The position numbers and the translations under genes are program-made. This document shows, piece by piece, positions 1 through 11,079 of a stretch of DNA of 64,000 nt. Numbering within the stretch: the stretch's first letter is position 1; each line of letters starts with the position of its first letter. Below the pieces are notes generated by a model. That model did not search any database. It had not been told where the DNA came from and saw nothing but the letters and a program-made list of their open reading frames with translations. The stretch spans positions 62,001 through 126,000 of the forward strand of contig JAUFOQ010000004.1 in assembly GCA_040285855.1 (NCBI GenBank). Direction: 5' to 3'. This stretch comes from Eukaryota sp. GEM-RC1. Lineage: Eukaryota.

Positions 1-893
1 TCTCGCAGTACTTTGCTGAATCTAAAGTTGGATCCAAACCTGAAGCTGTCATCGGATCTAATCTCGTACTTCAAGCACAGGCAAAACTTGGTGCCACTCT
101 TTGGAATGTAGAACTTTCCCCCAAGCTTTTTGGTCCCAATGGATCCTTCCCCACTTTGATTCTGGGTATGGATGTCTTCCATCAAAGAGACAAGGCTTCT
201 TGTTTGGCTCTTGTAGGAATGTTTGCGTTTAACAACAAACTATCTTGGTTCTCAAAAACTAAGGAGTTGCCCCCAAGACAGGAAATCTCTCAATTTGTTG
301 CTCCTTTGGTTGCTGAATGCCTCCAGCACTTCAAGGCTGTTAATGCTCCTAAACCCAGAACTGTTATGTTCTATAGAGATGGAGTTGGTGAACATCAATT
401 CAACTTGGTAAGAACTCAAGAGCTTGAACCCGTCAAGCAAACTATTAAGGCCAATTGCCCCGGAGCTTGTTTCGTCTTTAACATTGTCCAAAAGAGAATC
501 AACACTAAGTTCTTCTCTCCTGTTGCTAGAGATCTCAACATGATTGCTGGTACTGTCATCAACACTACTATTACCAGAGATCAGAAACTCTTCAGTCATG
601 ATTACTACATCCAATCTCATGAGACTAAAGTTGGAACTTCCACCCCAGTTCACATTGATGTTCTCTACAATGATCTTCCTCCTCAAGCAGGTATCAAACC
701 TTCGGACTTTTATGATGTGACTTATTCCTTGTCACATATGTACTACAACCAAGCTTCTGCCATCAAGGTTCCTTGTGTTTGTCATTATGCTCATTGTTTG
801 GCTTATTCTATGGGTGAACACTCCATCCCTACTGCCAGAACTCCTCTCATGCCTATTCCTAGAGCATTGTTTGACAAGCTTTTCTATATCTAG
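1..893 (+). CDS. Piwi/Argonaute family protein, C-terminal MID-PIWI part (5' end outside the window)
   Basis: Frame is open from position 3: QAQAKLGATLWNV...ILGMDVFH...RQEI...FYRDGVG...VQKRINTKFF...GTVIN...GTSTP...LSHMYYN...IKVPCVCHYAH...LFYI*. The DEDH slicer tetrad is present. Confidence 0.93.
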   Translation, partial: SQYFAESKVGSKPEAVIGSNLVLQAQAKLGATLWNVELSPKLFGPNGSFPTLILGMDVFHQRDKASCLALVGMFAFNNKLSWFSKTKELPPRQEISQFVAPLVAECLQHFKAVNAPKPRTVMFYRDGVGEHQFNLVRTQELEPVKQTIKANCPGACFVFNIVQKRINTKFFSPVARDLNMIAGTVINTTITRDQKLFSHDYYIQSHETKVGTSTPVHIDVLYNDLPPQAGIKPSDFYDVTYSLSHMYYNQASAIKVPCVCHYAHCLAYSMGEHSIPTARTPLMPIPRALFDKLFYI

Positions 894-1715
894 GATGAAT
901 GTACATTTTTTGTTTACAATAAACTGTGATTCCCATTTATCTTGATAATACTACATTGCATCTAGATACAACAACGATTAATCGGTAATCTTTGACATAA
1001 TTCAAACTAATCTAGATCATGATACTAGTACACGATTCGAAACAACACAACACCAAAAACATTGGTCGACATTAATTTCTTAAACAAATGTTCGGTGTTG
1101 TCAAATGCGCACCTTTTCCAAAAATGAAAGGCGTAAAAATTAGCGCATTTCTGTGCATGTTGATTTCGAACTTGAGACACGCCATAAATACAAATCTGTT
1201 TCGTCATACTGTACTGGTACAATGATCAAAATTTCGAGTACAGATCAACAACACTGTTAATGTATTTAGAGACTTATACAGACGGATACACAGAAAAAAT
1301 TCAAAAGACATCTCAAAAGTCAAATGCCCAAAATCACAAGATTCAAAATGCGCGCATTTGGCGGATTTCTCAAAATTGATAACACTGCAAATATTGCTAA
1401 TGTTAACGTACATGGGCAACCGTTAAATCAAAAGGGCGTTCTGGTGTCAATTGCCGTCTCTTAAATTACTGTTTTATATCCTATTTATTTTTGGTTGAGT
1501 ATGTTAACGTTTGCGTTGTTTCGTACAATGCCCAGATATTTTTATTCCATTTTAGGTATATTATTAAGACGTTGTTTAAGTAGTTTGTGAACTCTCTTAG
1601 TGAAAGAATACATGTGAAGCGAACCCTTTCCTATACATTGTTCTTGTATTATGACCATGACGATGTGTATTGATCTTTAAAACCTAGACACAGAAACTCA
1701 AATTGGTTCTTTTTG

Positions 1716-2351
1716 CAGTGTTGCGCCATAACCAAAAATAAATTTGCCATACGCGTATGGGCGTATGGACGTATGCTAGAATGGCAGAATGGCTGACAAT
1801 GGCCATCAAGCCATATCTAGCAGAATCTTTCCAACGCCACTTAACTTCATAATGTCTAAATACACTTCAGTTTGTCATCAAATTAGTAAAACAAGTATTC
1901 TCTGTAGAATCGTGTGAAAGAGTTTGAGTACGTACTCATTTATTCACAACAAACGACGAAACAGACTTTTTGTAGTTTATTCACTTTATAGAACAGATTT
2001 TTAAAAAAGTGAGACAAGAACAAAAACAGATCTATAATGGAACACACAAAGTACTGGTTTCTATACACATCAATGTAACTCAGATCAAAGACATCCAGCA
2101 ATGGAAGCAGAGATGGTATCCCGATGGTGATAATTTTTCCAATGAGATGGATGATGTGAAGGTTTGGTTTTCAATAAAGTATATTTATCTTCATAATTAT
2201 AAACGTGTCATAGAGTCTTTGCGTCGAAGAAGTTCAAATACAGATACATGTAGTCAAAATCCGTATGGCAAGAACCGAAAATGCCATACGCGTATGAACG
2301 TATGGACGTATGGGAGTCCATACGTGTATGGCAAACAATGGCGCAACACTG
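1716..2351. mobile_element. Non-autonomous hAT-type element (MITE), 636 bp
   Basis: Perfect 14-bp TIR CAGTGTTGCGCCAT (1716-1729) / ATGGCGCAACACTG (2338-2351). Perfect 8-bp TSD TCTTTTTG (1708-1715, 2352-2359). Subterminal CCATACGCGTATGG palindromes and CGTATGG repeats. Confidence 0.92.
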
Positions 2352-2401
2352 TCTTTTTGTTGTCATTCTGCTGTCACTTTACTACTAGTATTCACTTCTT
2401 G

Positions 2402-3759
2402 ATGCTAAACATCAATCTCATTTGTATTGTCTGCAATGAGGACTTCAACTTCCTTGAAAGAATTCCTCTTATTGTTTGCCCTGAAAACCACACTTTATGT
2501 AAGCAGTGTACAACTCAACTGTTAAAGACCCAGCACTGTCCCTCTTGTAGAAGTCAACTTATTCATGCGCCGAAGCCTAATCGCTATGTCATGGACCTCC
2601 TACATTCTGTTCGATCTGGAGAATGTCTCACTGAACTTCCTCTCTCTGAACTTGTCGTCAATCCCATACCCATCGGAGAAGGTTCATTTGCCACTATATT
2701 CGCAGGTATTTCGTCTCAATCATTGTAATCTTAGGAACTTGGTTTGGCCTTGACGTAGCCATAAAAGTCATCCGTTTTGTAAATGAAAAGAGTAAGCTGA
2801 AGTTGAAACGTGAGCTGACACGTTTATCAGTTCTCAATCATCCTGGCATCATCCGAGTCTTTGGTCTAACTTACTTCACTGGTGGTAAGTTGGCAATTGT
2901 CATGGAGAGAGCCTCTGAGAGCCTTCCTACTGGAACTTTTCTCAATTCAACTACGCTACGTTATGCTATTAGTGTCGTGAATGCTCTCCTTTTTCTCCAT
3001 TCAAGAGACATTGTCCATGGAGATATCAAACCAGCAAACATCCTTATTGTCAATGGTGTTGCTAAAGTGTCTGATTTTGGTGGTGCTAAATCTCTAATAG
3101 ATGTTCAATCAATGAATTCCACTCTTGAATTCTCTCCCAAGTATGGCGCTCCTGAACAGTTACAGAGTAGTGTTACTAAGGAATCAGACGTTTTTAGCTT
3201 AGGATTGTTACTGTATGAAATTCTGTGTGGCAAGGATCCGTTTGAAGGGAAAACAATGTATCAAATTCTCGGTAGCAAAACCACAAATCTTGAGTTGAAC
3301 TTTTCTTCTCATGTTCCAACTCCTCTTCAACAACTTATCCTTGGGTGTTTAAAACATGATCAGTGCGAACGACCGACTTTGGGAGAAATTCATGAATTAC
3401 TGCAAGATCTCATCAATCATCATTGCACTGAACCTGAACCAAGTAATCAATCACATCCACGTGATGAAAGTCATGTGAACTCTTCATTTGAGAGTGATAA
3501 TCATGAACGTTTGTTGTCTTTGCAATTAGATAAAGTTAGACGTGAATTGGTTGAAGCCCGAGAAAAATACGGTAGAGCACTAATGAGAAAGGAAAATTTA
3601 GAAGATTTAAAATTATCTCAGGAAAGTTATATTTCTTCCTTAAAAGTTAAATTGGAAAAATTTGAAGATCAAAACTCTATTTTACTAGAAAAACTTGATT
3701 CAAAGCAGGATATTATTACTCAATTAAGGGAAAACTTATTCAACAATATGTCTTGTTAA
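2402..3759 (+). CDS. RING finger + protein kinase (TKL-like) + coiled coil; join(2402..2705,2735..3759)
   Basis: RING CxxC...CPENHTLCKQC...CPSC. Kinase motifs GEGSFA, VAIK, HGDIKPAN, DFG, APE. Removing a 29-nt GT-AG intron joins the two ORFs in frame (443 codons). Confidence 0.88.
2706..2734 (+). other. 29-nt spliceosomal intron
   Basis: GTATTT...GTAATCTTAG; removal restores FAG|TWFGLDVAIK, which is colinear with the intronless paralog at 5047. Confidence 0.88.
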
Positions 3760-4470
3760 TCCTTTTCTCGAGTCATTTCTGATAAATACAAGTGTCTCTA
3801 TTAGGAGTGTTAATTACCATTAACAGAACTGGTCTTATTTTCTAAAGCTTTTTCAATCAACTCGTTCTCTGGACCCACAGAAACCAGATTGAAAGTGATT
3901 TCATATCAATCTAAGAAGTGTTTTGAGCCAATCATTTGATTGCTTGTACTTTTGATTACACTCTGGATGTCTTTTGAACTAAATTTGAATTTGTACATAC
4001 ACCAACTTGTAACTAATTTTCTGTGAACAAAAACATGGTTCAAATATTCACAGGTTGGATTTTTTCATAAAATATACCAGTACATTTGTCTATACTGTTA
4101 TAACACTAAGAAACAGTTGTTTATGCAGTTCATACAAACATACATACACACATAGATGTGGATAACCAAAACACCGCAGTATGTGTGATACAGTTCTATT
4201 AGTTCAGTCCACACGTTTTATGAACTCAGACTAAGTGATATTTTCATGGGTGGTTTCTATAACGGTTCTCTTTCTCAGTCAGTTGATAATCTTACCAGAA
4301 TCATTGTACTTTTTATATTGAAACCAAATTCTTGTTTGTTTCTTAAAAAAATACATTACAACTGATCTCTACAAATGTATTTTATACCCTCCATAGTCAT
4401 CAAATTCCAAGAAGCCACTTGTTCACGTTTCAGAATCTTTGACTGAGAAATTCCTGTATCAATATAGGAG

Positions 4471-4809
4471 ATGTTTTTGCGGACGCTTTGCAGAAGCTGA
4501 ATGAAAATCTTTATTCTAAGTTTTCATGTGTTCCATTTACAGTTTCAATTTTTGGTAATATTGGTCAAGCCGGTTTAAAGTTTTTCAGTGATTTTAGTCT
4601 TTTATGTCGTTCTAATGGCAATGTGTTTAATGGCGCTGTTTGGATTAATCGAATTATGTTCGCTCTTTATAGAAGCATTCCCAAATATTTATGTTCCATT
4701 TATTCGAAGTTGTATAGGGACAATTCTCGTGTTGATGTGGAGAATTTAACTTCTTTCATTTTCTGAATTAGTATCTATTAATTTAGTGTTGCAAATAAAC
4801 TCTTATTAT
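4471..4809 (+). mobile_element. 5'-truncated non-LTR retrotransposon fragment (RLE-clade C-terminus)
   Basis: Translation CVPFTVSIFGNIG...W.NRI.F is shared with four other copies. Flanked by the 12-bp direct repeat TCAATATAGGAG (4459-4470, 4810-4821). AATAAA lies near the 3' end. Confidence 0.8.
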
Positions 4810-5046
4810 TCAATATAGGAGTTGTAATACAGTCTAACCTCTTTAGACTTTCACCTTACGTGTTTTTTAAAATAAAAAAATAAAAAAAAATAGAATTAAA
4901 AAAAAATAGAATTATGTACAATGTGTTTAGATGAATTGACTGTGCAAATGGTGAGACTTGGCAAATTCGGAGGGTCTACAAAGGATGGAAATTTTCCATC
5001 ATCATCAACTAACTGCTACTAATAGCACCATAAAACCTTGTTTTCC

Positions 5047-6792
5047 ATGATCCCGACGAACATCACTTGTATTGTCTGTACAGAAGAATATGATCTGTTG
5101 CATCGAATGCCAGTCATAGTTTGTTCTGAAAACCATTCCTTCTGTAAGATGTGCGCATCCAATGTCACAACATGTCCTACTTGTCGATTACCTTGCCTTC
5201 CTGAATGTAAATCCAATATTGCCTTACATCATGTCGTTGAATCTATCCGATCTGGTGACTTACTCTCTGAAATTCCTCACCAGGAGTTATTTATTAATAC
5301 TGAAGTCATGGCATCAGGAACCACAGCTGATGTCTACTCTGGGACTTGGTATGGACTTGATGTCGCAATCAAAGTTCTAAGATTACCAGATGTCAAAGGC
5401 CGACGACGTCTCAAACGTGAGTTACTTAAACTCTCTGTCCTCAACCATCCTAGTATTATCAGAGTATTTGGAATGACCTACAGAGATGGAGGTCAATTAG
5501 GAATCGTCATGGAACGCGCTTCCCATTCTCTTAGAGTAGGAACTTCCCTGAATGCCACCACTCTTAGTCATGCAATTGGTATTGCAAATGCACTGGAATT
5601 TCTTCATTCAAGAGACATTGTACATGGAGATATCAAACCAGCAAATATCCTTATTGTCAATGGTGTTGCTAAAGTGTCTGATTTTGGTGGTGCTAAATCT
5701 CTTATGGAGGCCTCCTGTACTGCCACGTTCCATTACACTCCAAAGTACGCTTCGCCTGAAGTATTTGATACAGAGAAAGCTGTTCTTACCAAAGAATGTG
5801 ATGTATATAGTCTAGGTATGGTCTTGTATGAAATTCTTTGTGGTCGAATTGCTTATGATGGCCTCAGCTCAGCTCAAGTTTTTGGAGCTAAAATGAAAAA
5901 AACTCCCTTGGAATTTCCCTCAGATATTCCAGAATCTCTTCATTCCATCATTAATAGAAGTGTGTCCCCTGAACCAAAGAATCGCCCCACCCTTCAAGAA
6001 ATCAAACTAGTACTTAACAGTCTAGATGTTACTGGTGATGACTCATCGCAAGAAGTCCATGTAGCTGATCATGGTACCACTTCCAACGAGTTGATGGTAA
6101 AAAACACTCTCCTGAACAATGCCAATCAACAACACCGAACAGAGATACATAATTTAAACAATAAGCTCAAACTAGAAGAACAAACAAAGATGCAACTCTC
6201 AGACTCTCTTACCACAACTCAGAAACAAAACGAGCAGTTGTTACAAGAGTTGGATTCCTTGAAAGCTCAAGGTGCAGGACGTTCTCTTAACAGTCAGCTG
6301 ATGGATATCAGTTCCTTTTCTGATCGTCTCTCACGTTTACTATCATCAATCACTGTCGAATCCACTCCGATTCTTTTGGTTAGTGAACAAGGTGATACCT
6401 TCTCAAATGATGTTATTCCATTGAGAGTTAGCCATATTCTCGTCATTATAGAAACAACAAAGGGGACTCTGTTTGGGGGTTATTTTCCACAAGGCTTTGG
6501 TCGTTCAAAGTCAACTTCTGCAACCACGATGCTTTTCCACATTGGACCTCTTGATCCTAGGATTTTCCATGTAGTTAAAGCTGGGTCTCGACCAGGATTC
6601 TGCTTCCAAACAAAGAAAGATTCCTTCTCATTGTTTTCTCCGCGGTACGATGTGAGTGTTTTTGATGGGGGCAAGGGCTTTGAAAATCTTGGAACTGCTT
6701 ACGAGGGACAACCGGGGGATTTGGTTCCTGAAAAGAATTTAACATCAAGACGATTGAGTTTTATCGAGCTGAGATTTCGTGTTAAATTTTAA
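5047..6792 (+). CDS. RING finger + protein kinase + coiled coil + TLDc-like domain
   Basis: Paralog of 2402-3759. The C-terminal IIETTKGTLFGGY is TLDc-like. One extra A at 6731-6734 would give the typical TLDc ending EFNIKTIEFY with a stop at 6785. Confidence 0.87.
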   Translation: MIPTNITCIVCTEEYDLLHRMPVIVCSENHSFCKMCASNVTTCPTCRLPCLPECKSNIALHHVVESIRSGDLLSEIPHQELFINTEVMASGTTADVYSGTWYGLDVAIKVLRLPDVKGRRRLKRELLKLSVLNHPSIIRVFGMTYRDGGQLGIVMERASHSLRVGTSLNATTLSHAIGIANALEFLHSRDIVHGDIKPANILIVNGVAKVSDFGGAKSLMEASCTATFHYTPKYASPEVFDTEKAVLTKECDVYSLGMVLYEILCGRIAYDGLSSAQVFGAKMKKTPLEFPSDIPESLHSIINRSVSPEPKNRPTLQEIKLVLNSLDVTGDDSSQEVHVADHGTTSNELMVKNTLLNNANQQHRTEIHNLNNKLKLEEQTKMQLSDSLTTTQKQNEQLLQELDSLKAQGAGRSLNSQLMDISSFSDRLSRLLSSITVESTPILLVSEQGDTFSNDVIPLRVSHILVIIETTKGTLFGGYFPQGFGRSKSTSATTMLFHIGPLDPRIFHVVKAGSRPGFCFQTKKDSFSLFSPRYDVSVFDGGKGFENLGTAYEGQPGDLVPEKNLTSRRLSFIELRFRVKF

Positions 6793-7546
6793 ATATCTGT
6801 CTGTGTAGTACTGACGTTTTGTCTTGATCTATTTTTGTAATATATTTCTATAAACTATGATAAACCGTCTAGAGTTTTGTCATAAAGTAGAACTCTAGAA
6901 GAACATGCAACGATAATCATGATTTTTATACAATTTTTATCTAGTCATGAGCGCATTGTAGCAATAGATAAATAGTAAATTTACATCTACTTTTATAATG
7001 AAGGTTTCATTAACTAATTGCATTGGGTCCCTAGGCTTGGGAGCTTCTTTTTTTATTTCAGAGATCATGAATGACTTGTTAACACGAGACTTGTGGTGTG
7101 CAAAAACTTCGACTCCAGTATAGACTCAGGCGCAAACTCGTAGACCTATGCGAGACTCCGTGTTGGCTTTTGACCGTTTTGCACTACTCCAAAACAATTT
7201 GTGTTTTTGCACTTAAAGCTAGTTTTATCCATTTGGTCAATTGCACAAAGTTCTATTGTGCAAAAATTTTAGACTTTAATCGATAGTTGGAATAGACAGA
7301 TTCGTCTTCTTCTACTGAATCATGTTCCTTACACAACACAAACTACTAGTAGTAGTTTCTGAGGTGTTGTCATTGATTACAGTGTATCGATGTTTACCCA
7401 GGCTATTGTGACGTAGAACGTTAACAAAATGAGTAAGTTTTGCCTAAAACAATTCTACTTCATCTCTTTCTCCAGATACTCTTGCTACTAGCAATTCCAA
7501 ATCTCTCCCAACGTCTTTGGGTATATCATTACTAGTATTATACAAA

Positions 7547-8032
7547 GGGGTCGGGTAAATACACCACGTAAATACACCATCTCAAATTCTCTTTTATCCT
7601 ACATGGAGTTTATGATACATGGAGTTATACTCTACACAGTTGTACAAGTGGTACACCAAGTAAGTGATCTGATGGAGGTATTCAGTACACGTTCGTGGAC
7701 CTCCATTCAGTTATACTGAAGGGACTATTTAGAATGAAAAACGACCATCATTAGATGTTCTTCTTATGTAAGGGAAGACGTCATGCACATGTGATCATAT
7801 TGTTCTTAGTTTATTGAACAAGAACGCTCTTAGGCAGGAGGTATGACTCAAATAATTTCCGAACATTTTGTTAAACAAAGAGGAGTGTGATCAGATCATG
7901 CAACACAACGCTCTCGGAACTCATTTATAGGCCACATCGTTAGAACATCACTATTATGTTGACGAAGATAGGTACAAACAACATTGAAGTAAATGGTGGT
8001 GGTGTATTTACGTGGTGTATTTACCCGCCCCC
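7547..8032. mobile_element. Non-autonomous TIR element with GGGG ends and 8-bp TSD (MULE- or Merlin-like; superfamily uncertain)
   Basis: 33-bp TIR GGGG(T/G)CGGGTAAATACACCACGTAAATACACCA with 1 mismatch. TSD TATACAAA at 7539-7546 and 8033-8040. Confidence 0.88.
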
Positions 8033-8320
8033 TATACAAATTGTAAATATAAACTTTTAGTAAAAAACGAATAGAAAATACACAGAATACTGTATGTATT
8101 CTGTACTTCCCACATCTATGGTTTGAACAACATGTTTGAAAAGTCTGAAGTTGAACGGATTTAGTGACAAAGTTTAATCTCTACTTTTCATCTTTCAGAT
8201 CATCTTGATTGTACTCAGAAACGTGGTGACTTTGTTGTTCTGATTGTACTGGATTGTGCTATTACTAATCCTGCCAAATCTTCAGCTACATGTATTCCAG
8301 TGTCTGGAATTCTTCATGTA

Positions 8321-9364
8321 TACTCTAATTAACCAAATACTAGCCCTGCCCTATTACTAGCCCTTCCCCAATACTAGCCACGGAGGGTTAGGCTAGTAAA
8401 ATACCTAACACTAGCCCCCGTTTCTGAAGTACTTTAGTGGTTCTAGATTTATGTGCTTCTATTTTTACAGTTTTCTTTCTTGTATTGCTCATCACTTTTC
8501 AAGGATGGCTTTGAGTGGGCGTGTAATGAATGGATGAAAGGTCAACGAATTGTGTTCCCAAACAAAGTATCATATGATACATTTTTTTTAAGAATATGAT
8601 TTTATTCGAAAATAAAAAAAAGATGATCTAATACTCAATGTCATCAAAACAAGATTCCTTCGAATCGAACCTTGTTGAAGCTTTGTCTTCATAAAACAAA
8701 TATAATATGATACATTTGACAACGAATACGAACCAAATGACGTTTCGGATCAAGATACATCACGAAACTAATGATTTCATTGTCAATTTTGTTACACAAC
8801 CCAAAAAATGGTCGTATATCAGGGAGATTATTCTTGGACTGAGACTGATTTCTTTTTTTAAACAATTGATGAAGGGCTAAACAGACTTCATTACCCTGAG
8901 CTATTCAAAAACATACCAATGATCGTCATCATGCACTTCAAATATAATGTGTGACTCCTCAACTTATGGTAAGGTAAGTAAGCTTTCTCTCTTAATGTTT
9001 ATCAGGTGGAACATGGATATACTGTAGTCTATTACAACAGCTCTCAAATTTTAATTAATTCGCCGTTAAAAAACGTGTATTCTTGGCAAACTGAACTTAA
9101 TGAACTGCATAAGAAGTGTAACTGATAACTGTGTAGAACTAAAACCAATGAGACAAAGAAACATCTCTTTATTTACTGTATTTTCTATCAGTGAAATTCC
9201 ATGTAAGCAGTGGTTTGCGTGATCATAAAATACAATAGTTTACAAGAAGATGTTGATAAAATAATTACTAGCCCTTCCCTATTACTAACCTTCCCCTAAT
9301 ACAAGCCCAGGCGGGGTAGGGTAGTTACGGTTTTGCGCAGGCTATTATTAGGTAAATTAGAGTA
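8321..9364. mobile_element. TA-flanked TIR element (Tc1/mariner/pogo-type non-autonomous), copy 1
   Basis: TIR TACTCTAATTAACCAAATACTAGCC matches the reverse complement of 9340-9364 at 22/25. Subterminal CTAGCCC repeats. An inverted homologous copy lies at 35260-36368. Confidence 0.85.
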
Positions 9365-9457
9365 CTATCAATTGCAGTCCACTCAAGTACATGCAATCCT
9401 ATGTTTTTTTGAAATTGGAGTGTGACAAATCTTATTGATTGATGTCACCAATGTTCA

Positions 9458-10870
9458 ATGAGCGATGAATCTATCTACAGCTCCACTATCTTGATGCCTT
9501 TCAACCTTGAGACTCTTAAGCGAGGGTTTTTCAACAAAGATAGCTCCATTATCTCCACCCAATTCTTCCTTCTTCTTAAGGACAAATCGACTATTGTGAA
9601 CGATGAATGGACTGTGGAATCTCTGGATCATTCAGTTATACTTAACGACCAGAATGAAGATCATGTTGCTGAGCATCTTGCTCAGTGTGTTGTAACACTC
9701 ACACTTTTTCACGAACTTTCAAATATAAAGAGTTTAACAGCAAAAGAAGCTAAAGACTACTGGGATACTCTCTTGTCTTTTATGGATACAGTTCACATGT
9801 TTATTCATCTCCTGCATTACAGAATCATCTGGAAAATAGCCTATGATGCGGTTAGTTGGTACAAGACCCTATCATTGACACTTGCAGCAAGTTCTCAACC
9901 CCATAACAAAACTATATATGCATCGATCTCATTGAAAAGATTCACACAGTCCCTACAATCATTGATTCAACTTGAAGATGATTTCCCTGCCAGAAGATCA
10001 GTTGTTGTCATTAGCGCTTATTGTCATGTCTTGATGGAAGAGTATGATCAAGCTTCAACCTTGTTAGATCCGCTAACATCCTCGGTATTTCTAATCTCAG
10101 AAGATGATCCCGAGATTATTATACTGTGGTATTACACCTTTTCTTGGACTTGTATTCTACAAGGAAGGCACTTAGAAGCTGCAGAAATAATTCTCCAACC
10201 AATTAAGAAACTTATTGATTTGTCCACTCATTTTAAGTATACAGAAGCTCTGCAGTTAGGATCACTTCTGAATACTGCCATACTCCTTGCCTGCTTGTTC
10301 GAATCTAATGACAGATATGACTCACTGTTGATTCACTATTGTTACAGTCTAACTTCGTCCAAATCCATTGTTCTTAGAGATGAAAACCCCATCTTTAAGA
10401 GATACACTAGACTGTTATCGGGCCATGCATTGTTATATTCAAAGGAAAAACAAAGTTTGTATTTGAAAAGGATTGTTGATGAAACAGTGTTCCACTTCCT
10501 TCCTTGTTGTGTGTATGACTTGTTTGATACCACTACAGTTGACGGTGGTCTAATAGAGGTTAAACGAGAATTAATGGTTGCTCGAGTGGTGGAGGAGTGT
10601 GAGGAGGGGTTGACAATGAAGAGAATCAGTAGAGTTTCAAAGCTCTTGGCACCAGTACACGTAAAAGAAGTATCAAAATACGTTCAGATGAGTCAAAGTG
10701 ACGTACAGAAAGTGATATCAAATGTCAACATGTCAGAAAAACGTCACATGAAAAGATCCCCATTCAGTGTGTCTCTGGATGAGCGAGGAGTAATACGAAT
10801 TAGAGACTTAGGCCAGTTTAAGTCACTGCGAATGATGACTTCACATGAAATACTTCAACGTTACCCATAA
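9458..10870 (+). CDS. Hypothetical helical protein, possible C-terminal PCI/winged-helix domain
   Basis: 470-aa ATG ORF. RISRVSKLLAPVHVKEVSKYVQMSQSDVQKVI resembles a PCI-domain pattern (weak). Confidence 0.55.
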   Translation: MSDESIYSSTILMPFNLETLKRGFFNKDSSIISTQFFLLLKDKSTIVNDEWTVESLDHSVILNDQNEDHVAEHLAQCVVTLTLFHELSNIKSLTAKEAKDYWDTLLSFMDTVHMFIHLLHYRIIWKIAYDAVSWYKTLSLTLAASSQPHNKTIYASISLKRFTQSLQSLIQLEDDFPARRSVVVISAYCHVLMEEYDQASTLLDPLTSSVFLISEDDPEIIILWYYTFSWTCILQGRHLEAAEIILQPIKKLIDLSTHFKYTEALQLGSLLNTAILLACLFESNDRYDSLLIHYCYSLTSSKSIVLRDENPIFKRYTRLLSGHALLYSKEKQSLYLKRIVDETVFHFLPCCVYDLFDTTTVDGGLIEVKRELMVARVVEECEEGLTMKRISRVSKLLAPVHVKEVSKYVQMSQSDVQKVISNVNMSEKRHMKRSPFSVSLDERGVIRIRDLGQFKSLRMMTSHEILQRYP

Positions 10871-11079
10871 ATATTACTCATTCCTTAATTAAGATAGATC
10901 AAAGGAACCACCTACATGTAAGTATTAATGACGAATTGAATATGATCAAAGTAGGAAGAAGAAGTGATATAGACGTGTGTGTCTCAAAAAAACACGTCAT
11001 TTTTGAACTGATGGCATCTATTTATGACCCTCGTTCAATTTTCTAGACCACGTTTTCTGAAGCCCATTTTTCTCTACTG

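Noticed and set aside
1025..1460. GCGC-containing intergenic segment with short ORFs
   Set aside because: May be a transposon remnant, but I could not establish ends, a TSD or a protein motif.
2009..2401. N-terminal extension of ORF 2009-2728
   Set aside because: It lies mostly in the hAT MITE. The paralog indicates the true start is ATG 2402.
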